64,000 bases of DNA, taken from positions 1-64,000 of the forward strand of contig JAUCBJ010009049.1 of the NCBI GenBank assembly GCA_032718475.1, given 5' to 3'. The position numbers and the translations under genes were made by a program. The notes below the pieces were generated by a model. That model did no database searches and was not told where the DNA came from. It saw nothing but the letters and a program-made list of their open reading frames with translations. Below are positions 35,947 to 48,871 of this stretch, in pieces. Within the stretch, counting starts at the first letter, position 1; each line of letters opens with the position of its first letter. The DNA is from Nemertoderma westbladi (lineage: Eukaryota; Animalia; Xenacoelomorpha).

Positions 35947-38595
35947 TTATTTACTAATATTGGGTGGAGATTTGTAGTCTCCTGTCTCGTTTCTAGTCTC
36001 CTCAAGGAGTACGAGATGTTGTACAGGCCTATCTACAGTACGTCCGTCGATAGTCCGTACAGTAACTGTCCTTATTACACCAGATGTAGGGTGTGTGGTC
36101 AAAATGACTCCGGTCAGCCAAAACCGTCTTTTCAGATTGGCTTCAGCCAATAAAACATGGTCACCACGTCTCAAACATCGGGTATTATGATACCAATTTG
36201 TTCTGGACGAAATAGAGGGCAAATAATGTTTCTGCCATATTTCCCAGAATTTATTTGCAAGCAATTGAGTGATTTTCCAAGCTTTGTTGCCATATCCGTC
36301 GCTATTAACGGGTACCGAAATGGGCAACAATGTCGTCGGCGCCTGCATAAGCAGGTGCGCTGGTGTCAAGGCAAACTGTACATCGTTATTGTCTGGGATC
36401 AAAGCGATCGGTCTAGTATTTAAAGTCGCTTCGATTTCTATTAGTAACGTCGTCAGTTGGTCGTCTGTCAATATGTGTTGCGTCGGGATTACTTTAGCCA
36501 TAGCTGTTTTAATTGAGCCAATCAGCCTTTCCCAAACTCCGCCTCTCCACGGACTGTCTGGGGTATTAAAATTCCAAACAATACGGTGAGGACGTAGTTC
36601 CTCGGAAATCAGGTTTTGGTCCAACTTCCTTAAAGCTCTGGTTATTTCGTTCCGTGCACCCACAAAGTTTGTCCCTTGGTCGCAATAAATGGATTTGACC
36701 AATCCACGTCTAGCGATAAATCGCCGTAAGGCTAGGATAAAGGCATTGGTGGTCAGATCTATCACATGCTCTATATGGACAGCTCTGCTGGCCATGCAAG
36801 TGAAGATCAATCCCCAACGTTTTACCTGTACCCTTCCGCGTTTCGCGATTATGGGTCCAAAACAGTCTATCCCTGTCTCAGTGAAAGGGGGTCTAAACGC
36901 CTGTAATCTCGATAATGGTAGTTCACTCATTTCTTGGTGTCCTATCCGCGCGTGCACCTTCTTACAAATCATACAGTTCCGTGTTACCGAACTTAGTGCC
37001 TTGCTAGGCCTAATCAGTACAAACCTCGATCGTAAATGTGACAGACAGTGGTGTCTACCCACGTGTTTGAGTTGTACATGTGCGTCCAGTATCATAGCGT
37101 GCTGTAATTCATGGTGTTGCGGTATGATGATAGGATACCTAAAGTCAAGTGCAAAGTCGATGTTCTGGAGTCTGAACTTGTGACAAAGTAAGCCCCGATA
37201 AATAATCGGACTCCAACTCAAAATCGGTGAAGACTTGATCTGTTTACCTTGTTTGATCACTGTGAATTCTCGTGCGAAATATCGCAATTGATAATGGCGA
37301 ATGATATCAACTTCACAATGATCAACTTCCTCTAAGGTAAGTCTTCTAGGAAAGTCGCGTTTGCCTCTGGCATATTGTCTCAAACGTTTGAGCCATGCTA
37401 ACTTGCGGCACGCATCAGTCCATGATCTAGTTAGGTTTACTATCCGGTCAACGTGAGTGTTAGTGACGTCATCAGGTAAGGTATAGTTGTAATGTGGATA
37501 CTTGTCTGGACTTGGTAGGCCCACGGGCCTTCCGGTAGGTTTGTCTGAGTCCCCAAGTATGTCAATCTCCACGGTCTTACCTTTACCGTCCGCTCCTAGT
37601 GTGTCGACTGGCAGTAACGGTTTCAACTCTACAGTGTTAGTGTGTTCCTGTGAGCCTGTAAGCTTTCTAACCTTAGCCACACATTTACCTGTAGGTGGTA
37701 AGTTAAGTACTTTCTTTGAGCGAAGTGTAATTGCTGTGGCTACACCTTTGTCGTCCAAAGAAGTCAAATTCGGTAAATTTCTAAAAGTCCGCTCCAGTGG
37801 GTCCTTTAATGGAGTGTCTAGTAGACAGTCTGGCGAAATGTCCGGTGAACAGTCTGGTGAGACGTCTGGTGAGACATAGCGCGGAACATCCGGCGAAATG
37901 TCCTGTTGTCGGTCCCAAAAGGTGTCTGGCGTAATTTCTGTCAGAAAGTCTGGTCTAAAGTCTGGTGGACAGTCTGTCGAGATGTCTGGTGGAAAGTCTG
38001 GTGAGACGTCCGGTAGACAATCTGTCGAGAGTTCCATAAAACAATCTGGCGAGCAATCCGGAGAACAATCTAGTATTGCTTCTGGTGAATAATCTGGCGA
38101 GTAATCTGGTGAACAATCTGGCGAAATGTCTGGTGAAATCTCCTGCGGAACATCCGGTGAAAGATTCGTACAAGCGTCTGGTCGAGATTCTGGTGAGACG
38201 TCTGGCGTAATGTCAGGTCTAGCGTCCAGGTCATCAGATTTCGTCCGTCCTTGTTTCCTCTTGACCTTGGCGTTGGCTTTCGCTTTAGATTTGACAACCT
38301 TGTCGATTTTTATCTCGGCACCCTCTGGTATGGTATTGGTTGTCGCGTCAAATAACGGTGGCCATTCGTCTGATGGTCGCTGTAGGAAATCGGGTCCTTG
38401 AAACCAAAAGGATTTATTGTCCGGTTTACAAAAGTCAAGCTGTTGCATCCCCCGTGACGCGATGTCAGCTGGGTTCAGCTTCCCTGGACAGTGACGCCAA
38501 TCTTGTTTGAGCGACAAGTCTAGGATTTCAGCCCGTCTGTTGGCTACGAAAGTCTTGAACTCAAACGTCTCGTTGTTTATGTACCAAAGTACCAA
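35947..38595 (-). CDS. B2 pol C-terminal segment: RNase H end, SPD-repeat spacer, integrase
   Basis: NPADIASRG; HHCC zinc finger (H..LKH..CMIC); GIDCFGP, CDQGTNF, WRGGVWERL (DDE); C-terminal LRRGDHV..RPVQHLV. Confidence 0.95.
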   Translation of the reverse strand: MVLWYINNETFEFKTFVANRRAEILDLSLKQDWRHCPGKLNPADIASRGMQQLDFCKPDNKSFWFQGPDFLQRPSDEWPPLFDATTNTIPEGAEIKIDKVVKSKAKANAKVKRKQGRTKSDDLDARPDITPDVSPESRPDACTNLSPDVPQEISPDISPDCSPDYSPDYSPEAILDCSPDCSPDCFMELSTDCLPDVSPDFPPDISTDCPPDFRPDFLTEITPDTFWDRQQDISPDVPRYVSPDVSPDCSPDISPDCLLDTPLKDPLERTFRNLPNLTSLDDKGVATAITLRSKKVLNLPPTGKCVAKVRKLTGSQEHTNTVELKPLLPVDTLGADGKGKTVEIDILGDSDKPTGRPVGLPSPDKYPHYNYTLPDDVTNTHVDRIVNLTRSWTDACRKLAWLKRLRQYARGKRDFPRRLTLEEVDHCEVDIIRHYQLRYFAREFTVIKQGKQIKSSPILSWSPIIYRGLLCHKFRLQNIDFALDFRYPIIIPQHHELQHAMILDAHVQLKHVGRHHCLSHLRSRFVLIRPSKALSSVTRNCMICKKVHARIGHQEMSELPLSRLQAFRPPFTETGIDCFGPIIAKRGRVQVKRWGLIFTCMASRAVHIEHVIDLTTNAFILALRRFIARRGLVKSIYCDQGTNFVGARNEITRALRKLDQNLISEELRPHRIVWNFNTPDSPWRGGVWERLIGSIKTAMAKVIPTQHILTDDQLTTLLIEIEATLNTRPIALIPDNNDVQFALTPAHLLMQAPTTLLPISVPVNSDGYGNKAWKITQLLANKFWEIWQKHYLPSISSRTNWYHNTRCLRRGDHVLLAEANLKRRFWLTGVILTTHPTSGVIRTVTVRTIDGRTVDRPVQHLVLLEETRNETGDYKSPPNISK
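37815..38215 (-). repeat. In-frame 12-bp repeat encoding (x-S/P-P-D)n
   Basis: TCTGGNGAnnnn period on the + strand; the protein reads ISPDISPDCSPDYSPDYSPE... Confidence 0.9.
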
Positions 38596-41500
38596 CGTCG
38601 CGTCCGTCCTTCAAGTTAGCCTCCAGCTCGCGTTGAACTAGACTGACAATATCGGTGGATATCGTCCCGGCTTGCAGCTCTCCACGAGGTACAGTCATAT
38701 ACTTCAACGGCATTGTTGTAGCCTTTGAAGTAACGAGAGATACATTGTAGCTGTCCGATGTCACTTGTCGTCTAAGGTATAATGTAACCCCCAATCCATC
38801 CTTGCTAGCGTCACTAAAGCTGTGAAGCTCTAAATCGACAGGAAAGGTGGTCTGCAAAGGAAAATATACCCTTGGTATGGTATAGGCAAGTAGGAACGTC
38901 AGTTGGGCTTCCCAGTCCCTCCATCGCCCAGCTAACTTTTCTGGGATGGGATCGTCCCATTCCAGTCCGGCTTGCCAAATGCTGCGGAGTATAATCCTAG
39001 CATGTAGGATCACTGGACTAATGAAACACAACGGGTCGTACAATCGTCTCATGGTCGATAAGCAAGTCATCTTAGTGAGAGGTCTAGTCGGGTCGTTGGA
39101 CCTTACACGTACCCTAAAATTGTCGGTGTTAGAGTCCCAACTAAGTCCTAATACTTTAGTCGTCGGTAGAGGTTCTATGTCTAAGTCTAGGTCCCTTCCG
39201 CTGCGATCTGTTGGGTCGAATGAGTTTACCAGTTCGGGTTCGTTGGAAGCAAACTTTGTCAGGTGGAATCTGCCCTCAGCGAGACAATCCTGGAGTTGGT
39301 GTGCTACGGCGTAGCGCGCTCCAAGGTGTCACAACTCTTGAGGCCGTTATCCACGTAGAAATCTCGTTCCACGGTCCGAACTACTTCTGGGTCAAATTGG
39401 TCTCGTCTGTCTAATGCGGTCTGCTTTAAGGCATACATGGTGCAGTTGGGGCTGTCCCTGGCTCCGAAAACTCTTACCTGCATTTGGTAAGTTTCTGGCG
39501 GAAGTTCCAAATTTCCATCCGGATACCAAAGAAACCTCAAGCTGTCCCTGTCCCACTCCAAAGACTTAACCTGGTGAAACATGGCCTCTACGTCACAGGT
39601 GAAAGCCACTTTGCGTTGTCTAAAACGCATTAGGACTCCCATGAGGTAATTATTCATATTCGGCCCATCCATCAGTTCGCTGTTCATAGACATCCCTTGG
39701 TAAAGCGCGGCGCAGTCGTTGACTACACGCACCTTGCCAGGTTTGTCCGGGTGTCGAACAAAATGATGTGGCAGGTAATATGTCTGATCTGTGGTTACCT
39801 CGGGATTTAACATCCTAATGGCGTATCCATTTTGGAGATACGTCTGAAGTTGTGCATTGTATTGCATATGGGCCGTCTCGTCTCGCAACAATCACTGCCG
39901 TATTGATTTGAGTTGCCTCAAAGCAAGCGGGTAATTGTTAACGAGCTTAGGTTGTCCATTGCGCCACAACATACCAACCTCGTAGTGGCCATTCACGGTC
40001 TGGCGAATGGTATCTCTCATAATATTTAATGACCGTTTTTCCTGTTCTGACATAGCGGTCTCGTAACTACCGGGTTCTGCTGAGTCCTGTTCCAACCATT
40101 GAATGGTCCATTCAGTCAGCAGTCGGTCAAGCGCTGCTTGCACTGCGCCATGGTCCTCGTCCACGTCTTCGTCCGCTGCGGTGGCTAGTGTCAATGTGTC
40201 TGGTAGGCTCACAAGCCTTCCGGTGTCACTAGTCGGCGTCGAATCGTCATGCGGCGGTTTGATACCCTCTTGATCTGTCGGTAGGCTCGCAAGCCTTCCT
40301 AGATCAACGACCGGTGTCGAAGCCTGGTGGGTGGGGTCAATGACCTTTGGATTTTTCGGTAGGCTTGCAAGCCTTCCAAAATCCTCGTTCATCGAGTCAT
40401 CGACAGCAACAACCCTTTGGTCTTTGGCAGTCAATACAACCTGGTTTACTGCAAGTAGTTGTAAGTCAGAGGTCCGCGTGGTCGTTTCCAGATCAGTTAC
40501 GTCAGTATCGGTGGCGTCTGCGTTAGCGACGCAAGTCCGTCGTAGTCCCGTCTGTACAATTGGACCACAGGAGTGTGAAGGAGAATTATCTATCGTGTTA
40601 GTCAGTAAACTACACGTACTCAAAACGTCGTCCTCCTGGTCACTTACCTCTAGTGAACGTATTGGTGCTCTAGTATACCAACCTATGGGAGTTCTACATG
40701 CATAGGGGTTGCCCGCTGTAATAACAGATGGGCGTGTCTCCCATACCTGATGTAAGTTAAACTGGTCTGTCCCGATTAACATTGCAATTGAACGATAATT
40801 GACAGGACATTCCGGTATTCCAAGGTGTCGGAAATACTTACGATCTTCCGGTGATTGCTCTGGCACAGGGCCGAGCAAGTTACTAAAGTCCTTCGTAGTT
40901 GCAAAGGTCAAATTTCTTACCGGAAGTAATGAGCACTCCTCCTTGCTGTGTTCCGCTTTGGAAAGAAGAGTGTCTAAGGTTAGTTTTACTCTAGTCACTG
41001 GAATCGCTCTCTTACCATGCATGCTGCTTACAGTATACTGAGCAGTCTTACCTTGACTCATGTCCGTAACCACGTCGGCTACTTGTTCGTCGACATAGCT
41101 ATGCGATGACGCAGAGTCTAAGATAGCGTATATACGCTTGCTCCCTCGGGTTCCGGTAATCTTTATAGGAATCACGCTAAACCCTTTCAATTGGTTCTGA
41201 GTGAGGAGTGTTATCGATGGCTGTTCCTCACCTGCATGCACGTAAAATGTGTCGTCTTCCTCCTCGTCCTCGTCCGATGATCCCGATTGATCCATACAGT
41301 CCGTATAAAACGTACGGATCTCGCGCGGCGCACGCTCCTTATATAGCGCGTCGCATCTAGCCGCTTTATCTGGATACTCTCGTCGAAAGAGTTTGGTCGG
41401 AGTATGACTCGTCGTGTGGAGTAACGCGTCGTGGTTGCGTCCACACTGAGGACATGTATTGTCGCTCGGGCAATCCTTCCGGACGTGTCCTGGCTTCATA

Positions 41501-44500
41501 CATCTCCAGCAAGAATCTAACGATCGAATTTGGAGTCTCCTCTCTTCGATTCCTAACTCTCTAAAAGCGCGACACCCACGAAGTTTGTGTCCGCTATAGT
41601 TTCTGCCGTTCCGCTTGCAGTACGAGCATCCCACAAAGTCCGCTGGCAACTGTTGTCGTGGCTGTGTGGTGCCGATAGGCGTCAGAACTTTAGAAGTCTC
41701 AGTAGTGGTGGCGTAGGTAACGGCTTTCGCGTTCGTCGGAAATGGTTTGGTTCGAGTCGGCGCTGAAATAGCTATCCCTTCCGCCGCGATATGGTGATCA
41801 GTATAGTTCGATCGAGTCTCGATCACGGCCTCCCGTGAAATCAGTTGGTAGACGTCGGTGAGTTTTAATAGCCCGCCGGCTTCTTCACGCTGGTACTCGA
41901 TGCGTCGCCATTCTCGTCGGAGTCTATGGTGAAGTCGACCGATTATCCTAATGAGAACCGTCGGTGCGTTAGCGTATTCGAGTTGTCCTATGGACCGTAA
42001 AGTCCCTATAGCGTTTTTGATTTTGTCCGTGAGTCGTAGAAGGTCGATCGGTTTCGAAATATTGCCTCCTCTGCAGAGGTCTTCTATAATGGATTTAGCC
42101 ATGGCTACGTTACCGCCGTAAATCGAATACAAACGGTCGTACGCCAACTCAAAGGCATCTGGAACACCAATAAAGGTTTCCGCTAATCGTTTCGGCTCAC
42201 CAGACAGGACTTGGAGCAAGTAATTAAACTTCTCCGTCGAGGTGAAAGCACACTTAGCGATCTGGGACTCGACATAGTCTACCAGTGTACGCCAGTGTTT
42301 TGCGTTGCCAGAGAACTTCGGCGGTTGCTGTGCCGGTAATCCGTGTCTAGCCGCGAATTTCGCAATCTCGCTAACCAAATCCAACTGTCCGCGTCCCTGT
42401 TTGGTGGCGTCGTCCAGTCGTTCCCTTCCGTCGGTAGGAATTATTAACGGGATCTTCTTCTCGATGGGTCGGAGTCTGTCTAGTCTCCTGTTCTCTCCTC
42501 GGTGGTCGATGTTGTCTAGGTTGTTCCAATTCCACGCTGGTTCGTGATCGATCCGACGGTTGCGCTTCGAGTCGTTCCTCGGGTTGAGCTAGTCTATCTG
42601 TCATCTCGGTGAATTGTTTGGCGCTGATCGTTTCCGCTGGTCGCAATGTGGGTTTCCAAATGGGTGTTTCTCGTGGTGGGTTGTCGACGAATTGATTTGT
42701 CGATCGTTCCTCTCGTTTGTAATCTGTCGCCGCTGCTGCCGCTCCAGTACGGAATACTTCCCGTTCCGTCGACTCTGAGTCACTGGATGAGTCGCTGTCG
42801 TCCGGATAAGGTGGTTGGCGGATTCGCGTCCGGCATATTATTCTCGAGCGCGTTCGTTGCGTTCCGGGATCCACGGTTCTCCGACGTTCGGTAGGCTCAC
42901 AAGCATTCCACGAAGTCGTAGGTCTTGTCAAACATGGTTCGATCCTGTGAGTACTACCCACATCCGTCCTTCTCCGTTGTTTGGTAGGCTCACAAGCTTT
43001 CCACGAAGTCGTAGGTCGCGTCGAACTCTGTGTCAATGGTTGAGTAAAGTGGTCAGGTTTCGTAGTCGGTCTATAAATAACTGGGTTCGCGCAGCACGTC
43101 ACAGGTTTAACTGCTAACGGCTTACTTACCTGTTTAATTGACATAAATGCAGGTTCCTCCCTTCCTACAAGTAGACTACGACTTACTGTAGGTGGACTAG
43201 TTATGTTACCTGCTAAAATTGGCAATGAAGTTGCCCTAGGTTGCGGTATTTCTGTCACAACAAACCTGTTACCTTGCGTCGAGCGCACAGGCGTTATTTC
43301 TTTAAGTTTTGTGACAAAGACTGGTTTTATTCTAGTCGTGGGTTTGAGCATAGGGATAACTTGTGGAAAACGTTTACAATAATCCTCTACGAACTCCTCT
43401 CCTCTATCTATCGCTCCCACACTTCCTTCCTCAAGACGCTTCTGAATTCCGCAATATCGAGCTTCCAAACGATTCAGAGCAGACAAGTCGTGTCCGGCTC
43501 GGGATCTTACAGATCTATCTCTCGCGTCGAGTTCGAGGTCCTCTTGCGCGTTCGCTGCCTCATGCGATCTACGATTAAATTCGAACTGTAGCTGCATTTC
43601 CCTTTTGCGTCGATCCGCTACTTGTTGTTGTGCTGCTAGTTCTGCTTCCTGTATGGCTAAACGTGATTTTAATTGACGTGCCTCCAACTGAGCACGTGCG
43701 TCAGATGTCGCCTTCTGCCGTGCTAACTCGTCAGCTGCTGCAACTCGTGTTAACTCGTCAGTTGCTACCCGTCGTGCTAACTCGTCGGTAGCTGCCGCCG
43801 CGGCTGCTTCTCGCGCTAAGTCTTCCTCCAATCTTCGCATCTCCGAAGCCTCAAATTCGGCTTACGCTTTGAGTTGCGCAATTCTCGCCTTGTCTTCTCT
43901 ACGTTGTCTCTCTCCCTCGATAGCGATCGGTGTCATCTGTTGTTGCGCTTCTTCCTCGGCGACTTGTTGTCGGCGTGCGACTTCCTGTTGTTGTGAGTAA
44001 TTACGGATGCTGTTCTACTAACGTCGCCAACGTCGCTCCGCATGCTAACGAACAATCTATCCATGGGTGGAATATGGTAGGCTCACAAGCCTTCCGTAGT
44101 GAGAACTTCCGTCGTCCCTTGCGGTTCGACTTCCGGTTCTTTGATCGGTACGCCGCATCTACGAAGAAAATTGGTGAGCATCCCTAACCTCCCGTCCAGG
44201 CAGTATAGTTCTTCTTCCTCCTCGGGTTGTAACAACGCGTCCGAAACTGACTCACCTAGCATTTGGTCGAGCTGCTCCTGTTGAGCCAATCTTATTACTG
44301 ACTTAAACTGAATAATACTTTCTCTCGCACTCACTAACTTATCTATTATCTTTACCTGGGTCAAGTTGTCGCCACGCAACTCTGCGAGTTCGTGTAAACC
44401 TCTAAGTTTATCTACGGAAACATGTACCCTACTTTCTATCCTTACTTGTAAGGTGTAGAACTCGTATCTCGACATCGGGGCGGTTAACTCGCGTAAAATG

Positions 44501-44820
44501 CGAAAACCTTCTCCGAGGTTTCGAGTAATCTGGGCCATGTGTCCTCCTATACTTCTAATAACGTTCTCCTGGCTTCCAGTCGAACTTACCATGTCTGGTT
44601 CCCGCGATCTAGTCTGCGGGACGGTAAGGAAATCTTCGATTCTGCCATTGCCACGCATTGCGGCTTCCGGTATTTCCGTTCGGGGTACCGGTGACGCAAG
44701 CGGTGTGACATCGGTGGAATCTCGGGTTCTCCTTCTAGGTTCGTCTACTGTCGATCTGTCCGGGTCGCACGAGTCATAGTCGGTAGGGGGGTATCGCTTC
44801 GAATGTGGTGTGTCACTCAT
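38561..44820 (-). pseudogene. B2 gag-protease-RT-RNase H, broken by frameshifts and stops
   Basis: ORFs 44083-44820, 42371-43840, 39892-42384, 39304-39891 and 38561-39070. Motifs PPKFSGN..W, EKFNYL, three Gag knuckles, ILDSAS, YVDN (YVDD in B1) and FSDAS. Confidence 0.95.
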
Positions 44821-45410
44821 GTCTTATTATATATGTCAAGTACGGGTAATAAAATGTCAAAATGTCGAAATGTCCAAATGTCAAACTTACCTTGATATAT
44901 ATATGTCATATATATACCCTAACCGGTACAAATAAATCAACGAAATATATAATAAAATAAGTAATAATCTAGCCTACCGGCTAAATTTGTACGAATAAGT
45001 GAGATAATGGTATACGTTGCCAAAATGTAGATCAACAAGTACAAATAGTAGGCAAAACAGCAACATCTAACGGGAAAAATATGTACCAACAACACTACTA
45101 ATCAGACAGTGAAACCCACAAATTTTGAGTACTACTGTGCTTTCTAATTTTGAAATAATACGAGTCATAAAACCTACGCTCCTTTGATCCTCCAGTCGTA
45201 CAAATTCCCAAATACAAACCGGACGTGGGTCGTTCCGTTTTCGGCGGCGCGGACAAATTTTGTGTATCCCAAACATTGCGAAAAGCTGTCTGATCTTCGA
45301 AGCGGTCCAGAAATGAGTCCTTGAGTGCTGAAAAGTCGAAGGTGAGAGTTTTACTTCTACTCTACGAAAAATCTTCCTAGGTACCGATACAAATTGGTCA
45401 TTAAACCCTA

Positions 45411-46380
45411 TATAAAAGCTTTTGCGGAATTGCCCGGTTATTTTCCTTATTTTTTTCGTAAAATACTCTGTAGTTGGTTTAGTAGGCGTAAGAGGCCGTA
45501 TTATTGCTGTATCGGTGTTTTTTAGAGGACCTAAGAGCTATTTCTTCCGTATTGTGTACTTTGGAAGACATGGTTGGTGATTCTATGGCAATTCTGTGAC
45601 GCAAAATGGCTAGATACTCTTGAACAGTAGTTACTATGACGACGGTTAACAGCTGATATGCATACGTGTCGATTTTCTTTGTTCTACGGTGCCTCTTGGT
45701 TCAGTCAACCAATCAGAGCGTTTTTACTGCTCTTGTAGAGAAATTTCCTAGAAATCACGCAATGCATTATGGGCAATGTTTACATTCTGTCCTAAGCCAT
45801 GAAAGAACGGCTTTTGGAATATTTGTGCTTTTCTGCTTTTAGCCTAACACTAGTAGGCTTAATTATAAGGACATATATCCGTTATCGACTGGCAATACAC
45901 ACTGGTATCACTGGACTCAACCTGCATATATCTTATCGTACATACTTTTATATTGTTATACTGCTATTTACTGTCGGTTCTTCATTATATGGTTGATGAA
46001 ATATTATATTGAAATAACGAGAAATAATCCCAAAACCCCAATATTCTTGATATACCGAAGGTAAGAGAGACCGGTTACATATAACGATTGCAATTTATGT
46101 TAAAGTGGTTTGAAGTGAATCTAATGTTATTTGATAGACCCTACATGAGTCGGTCTGTGTTCCTTTTATATGTGACTAAAATCAGTGAAGATCGGCAGAT
46201 TAGTGTGCAGTATTGTGCAGCATTGTGTATGAGTGAGACTGATAACGAAGCATTTCCTAAAGAATGCGCCATATATGTGAATTATAACTAAGCCATATCG
46301 TTGCGTGTAGTTTAAGTCATAACTCTGTTTATATAGATAAAGCGCCACGTCCTAAAAGAACTGTTAATATTCCCCGAAGG
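45411..46380 (+). repeat. A2 5' LTR (minimum extent; the true end lies further downstream)
   Basis: Matches 63033-64000 with about 10 substitutions and 2 indels by manual count. Confidence 0.95.
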
Positions 46381-48871
46381 TGAATAATATTGTCAGAGAT
46401 TATATAATACGATCAGTCGAATAATACAGTAGGCTTACATAGCAATAAGATTAAGCCGTCAAACTCAATCTCCCGGGTATATCCAGCGGGTGAATGATCG
46501 CGCACGGTTTGGTTTCGACTAGTGTAGTGAATCAGATACTTGTCAGAGGCTAAAAGCGATTTATTATCTAGAAGACATCCTAATTTGGCGGGTTAAACTG
46601 CCAAAGGTATTAAAAGCGCGAACAATAATGGATATATAGCTTCTTTATTGCAGTAAGCAATAAAGTTGAAAGTACCGGTCGACTGGTAAATCTGAACCGG
46701 TACTGCTGTAGGTCTGTAGGCCCAACTGCCGGAACCGGTACTGCTGTAGGTCTGTAGGCCCAACTGCCTGAACCGGTACTGCTGTATAAGTACATTAGTA
46801 TTATTCGATTTGATTGTTATACCGGTAGGTCTTAGTACTTAATCGGGGAACGGCCGCCCTGGTTTTTTATTGAGATTTTACTTATTTCTGTCAGTTTTAT
46901 TTATTTGTAGGCCAATATTGAGCAGAAGGCGTGTAAGCCTGTTCAGATTGTACAGAGAATTTGTAGGCTGAGCTGTTGTCTGACTGTTGTTAAGTCTGAA
47001 AGACTGTAGTGTGTGTAGAGCGTATGTCCGAAAGAGTGCCAGTTAGTAAGTAGGGGCTTCCAGTGTTGTGAGGTAAACCCCCTCTTAAAGAATAAGTCGT
47101 ACTACTCGGTTAGCGCACATACTAACTAACCATTTTGGAGTCTGCATATACTGTGGTTTATTTAGGCTTGATAGTAGGCTGACAGCGTTTGGTCTGTACT
47201 TTGTTTGTGTAGTCTGTACGGGTAGCGTAATATCCTTATTTAGATAATCTGTAGGCTGAATTGTTGCCTAGCTGTTATTAGGTCTGAGGGATTGCGTTGT
47301 GTGTAGAGTGTATGTCCAATAAAGTGCCAGTTAGTAAGTAGGGGCTTCCAGTGTTGTGAGGTAAACCCCCTCTTAAAGAATAAGTCGTACTACTCGGTTA
47401 GCGCGCATACTAACTAACCATTTTGGAGTCTGTACATACCGTAGTTGTTTAGGCTTTATAGTAGTCTGTCAGCATTTAGTCTGCATTTTGTTTGAGTAGT
47501 TTGTACGCGTTGCTTAATATTTATTATTCAGAGTTATGCGATTATTCGCAACATTCATGTCCCCAAGTTTATTCCTACAGTAATTGTGCTTGTTATACAT
47601 ACCGCTATAGTTAAACTAACCCCAGTACTACATCAGGGCTGCTCGGCGTAGGTAAAGACTGGAGATTTTGTGCTTTGGTCACTCCGGCAGATACCGTGGT
47701 TCTTTTAGCTGTTCAAGTATTTTTAACTGCTGGTTATCTGTTTTATAAGTACTTGTACCTAATTTAGGGTTTAGTGTACAGTGCTTTCCGAAAGTAATTA
47801 GTGTGTAGGCAGTATATTTGTGTTGTAAAGTGGTTAATAGGCACGTTGGTTCTGGTAGACCGCTGTAATTAATCTCTAGGTAGGGACACTCCGTGATACA
47901 TAACGTAGTACCTATAGCGCTACGGGTATAGGTCGTCAGACGGTGGTATTTTCCTATCTGGACAGCGCAGTATATTTACTATTACTTATTATTTTCACAT
48001 ACCGTAGTATCCTGTCCGTTGTAATAACCAGAAATTCTAACCTTCTGTTAGACTGGTTTGTAGTTCCCTGTAAAATTACCCTAAAATTTCGTACGTAATA
48101 TTTTGTTGTGTTTAATTAGAGATTAAATCTCACCCGTGTCTTATCATAAGTAATTTGTAGATAAGTAACTTAGGAAGTAGAATTATTTGTTTTAGTGTCC
48201 TATAAGTAACACTTCACTGAAAGCGCACCGCTTTGTGTAGTGATTACTTCCCGGAAATAATAACATCTATTTCAATATTGTAACAAAACCCTCATACGGA
48301 TATATATATATATATTATAAAATAAAATCAATTAAATCTATTTATAAATAGTAGGCCTATTATACAACCTTTAGGTCTTAAAATCAGTTGGACTACTGCT
48401 CAAGTAACGGTAATAAAGTAAGTAAAGTAACCAAGTAACCCTAAAATTCAGGAATTCAATTATTTAAAATAATTGACATACCGGTATTTACAATAGGCTT
48501 ATTATATTTATTTCTATAAATTTAGGCTGAAATCATACCGGTATTCTGTAATTAATATAGGCCATAATTATACCTATATATACTATAAGTGTAGGCTGTA
48601 TACCGGTATTCCAGATAGGCCTATTATATACTTATATATATTTGTGCTGAAACTACATACCAGTATTCTGTAACAAATCTAGTCTGTAATAATACTTATA
48701 TATACTATAAGTGTATACCGGTATTCTACTATATTGCGTGTACATATACAGCTACACTGAGTAGCAGTATAGGTAATTGATTACTAGGATAGCAGTGATA
48801 CTGAATTACTAGACTTGCTTTAACTTTATTTATAGCAGTAGGTATTCAACTGTATAACTGTATAAACTGAA

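Larger units (their letters stand above)
28871..45410 (-). mobile_element. BEL/Pao family B copy 2 (leader, gag-pol, accessory ORF3, 3' LTR); 5' end displaced by the A2 insertion
   Basis: Complete domain order Gag-PR-RT-RNH-IN, then ORF3, a hairpin plus PPT, and a TG...CA segment. Confidence 0.92.

Noticed and set aside
39340-39362. RT catalytic variants YVDN (B2) and YMYD (A2, ~54175) as novel chemistry
   Set aside because: The sister copies have YVDD and YMDD, so these are copy-specific inactivating mutations.
40202-40377. Hairpin repeats with a 78-bp period as a CRISPR-like array
   Set aside because: Only three units, in frame within pol, with spacers similar to each other and no cas genes. 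Treated as part of the dispersed-hairpin finding.
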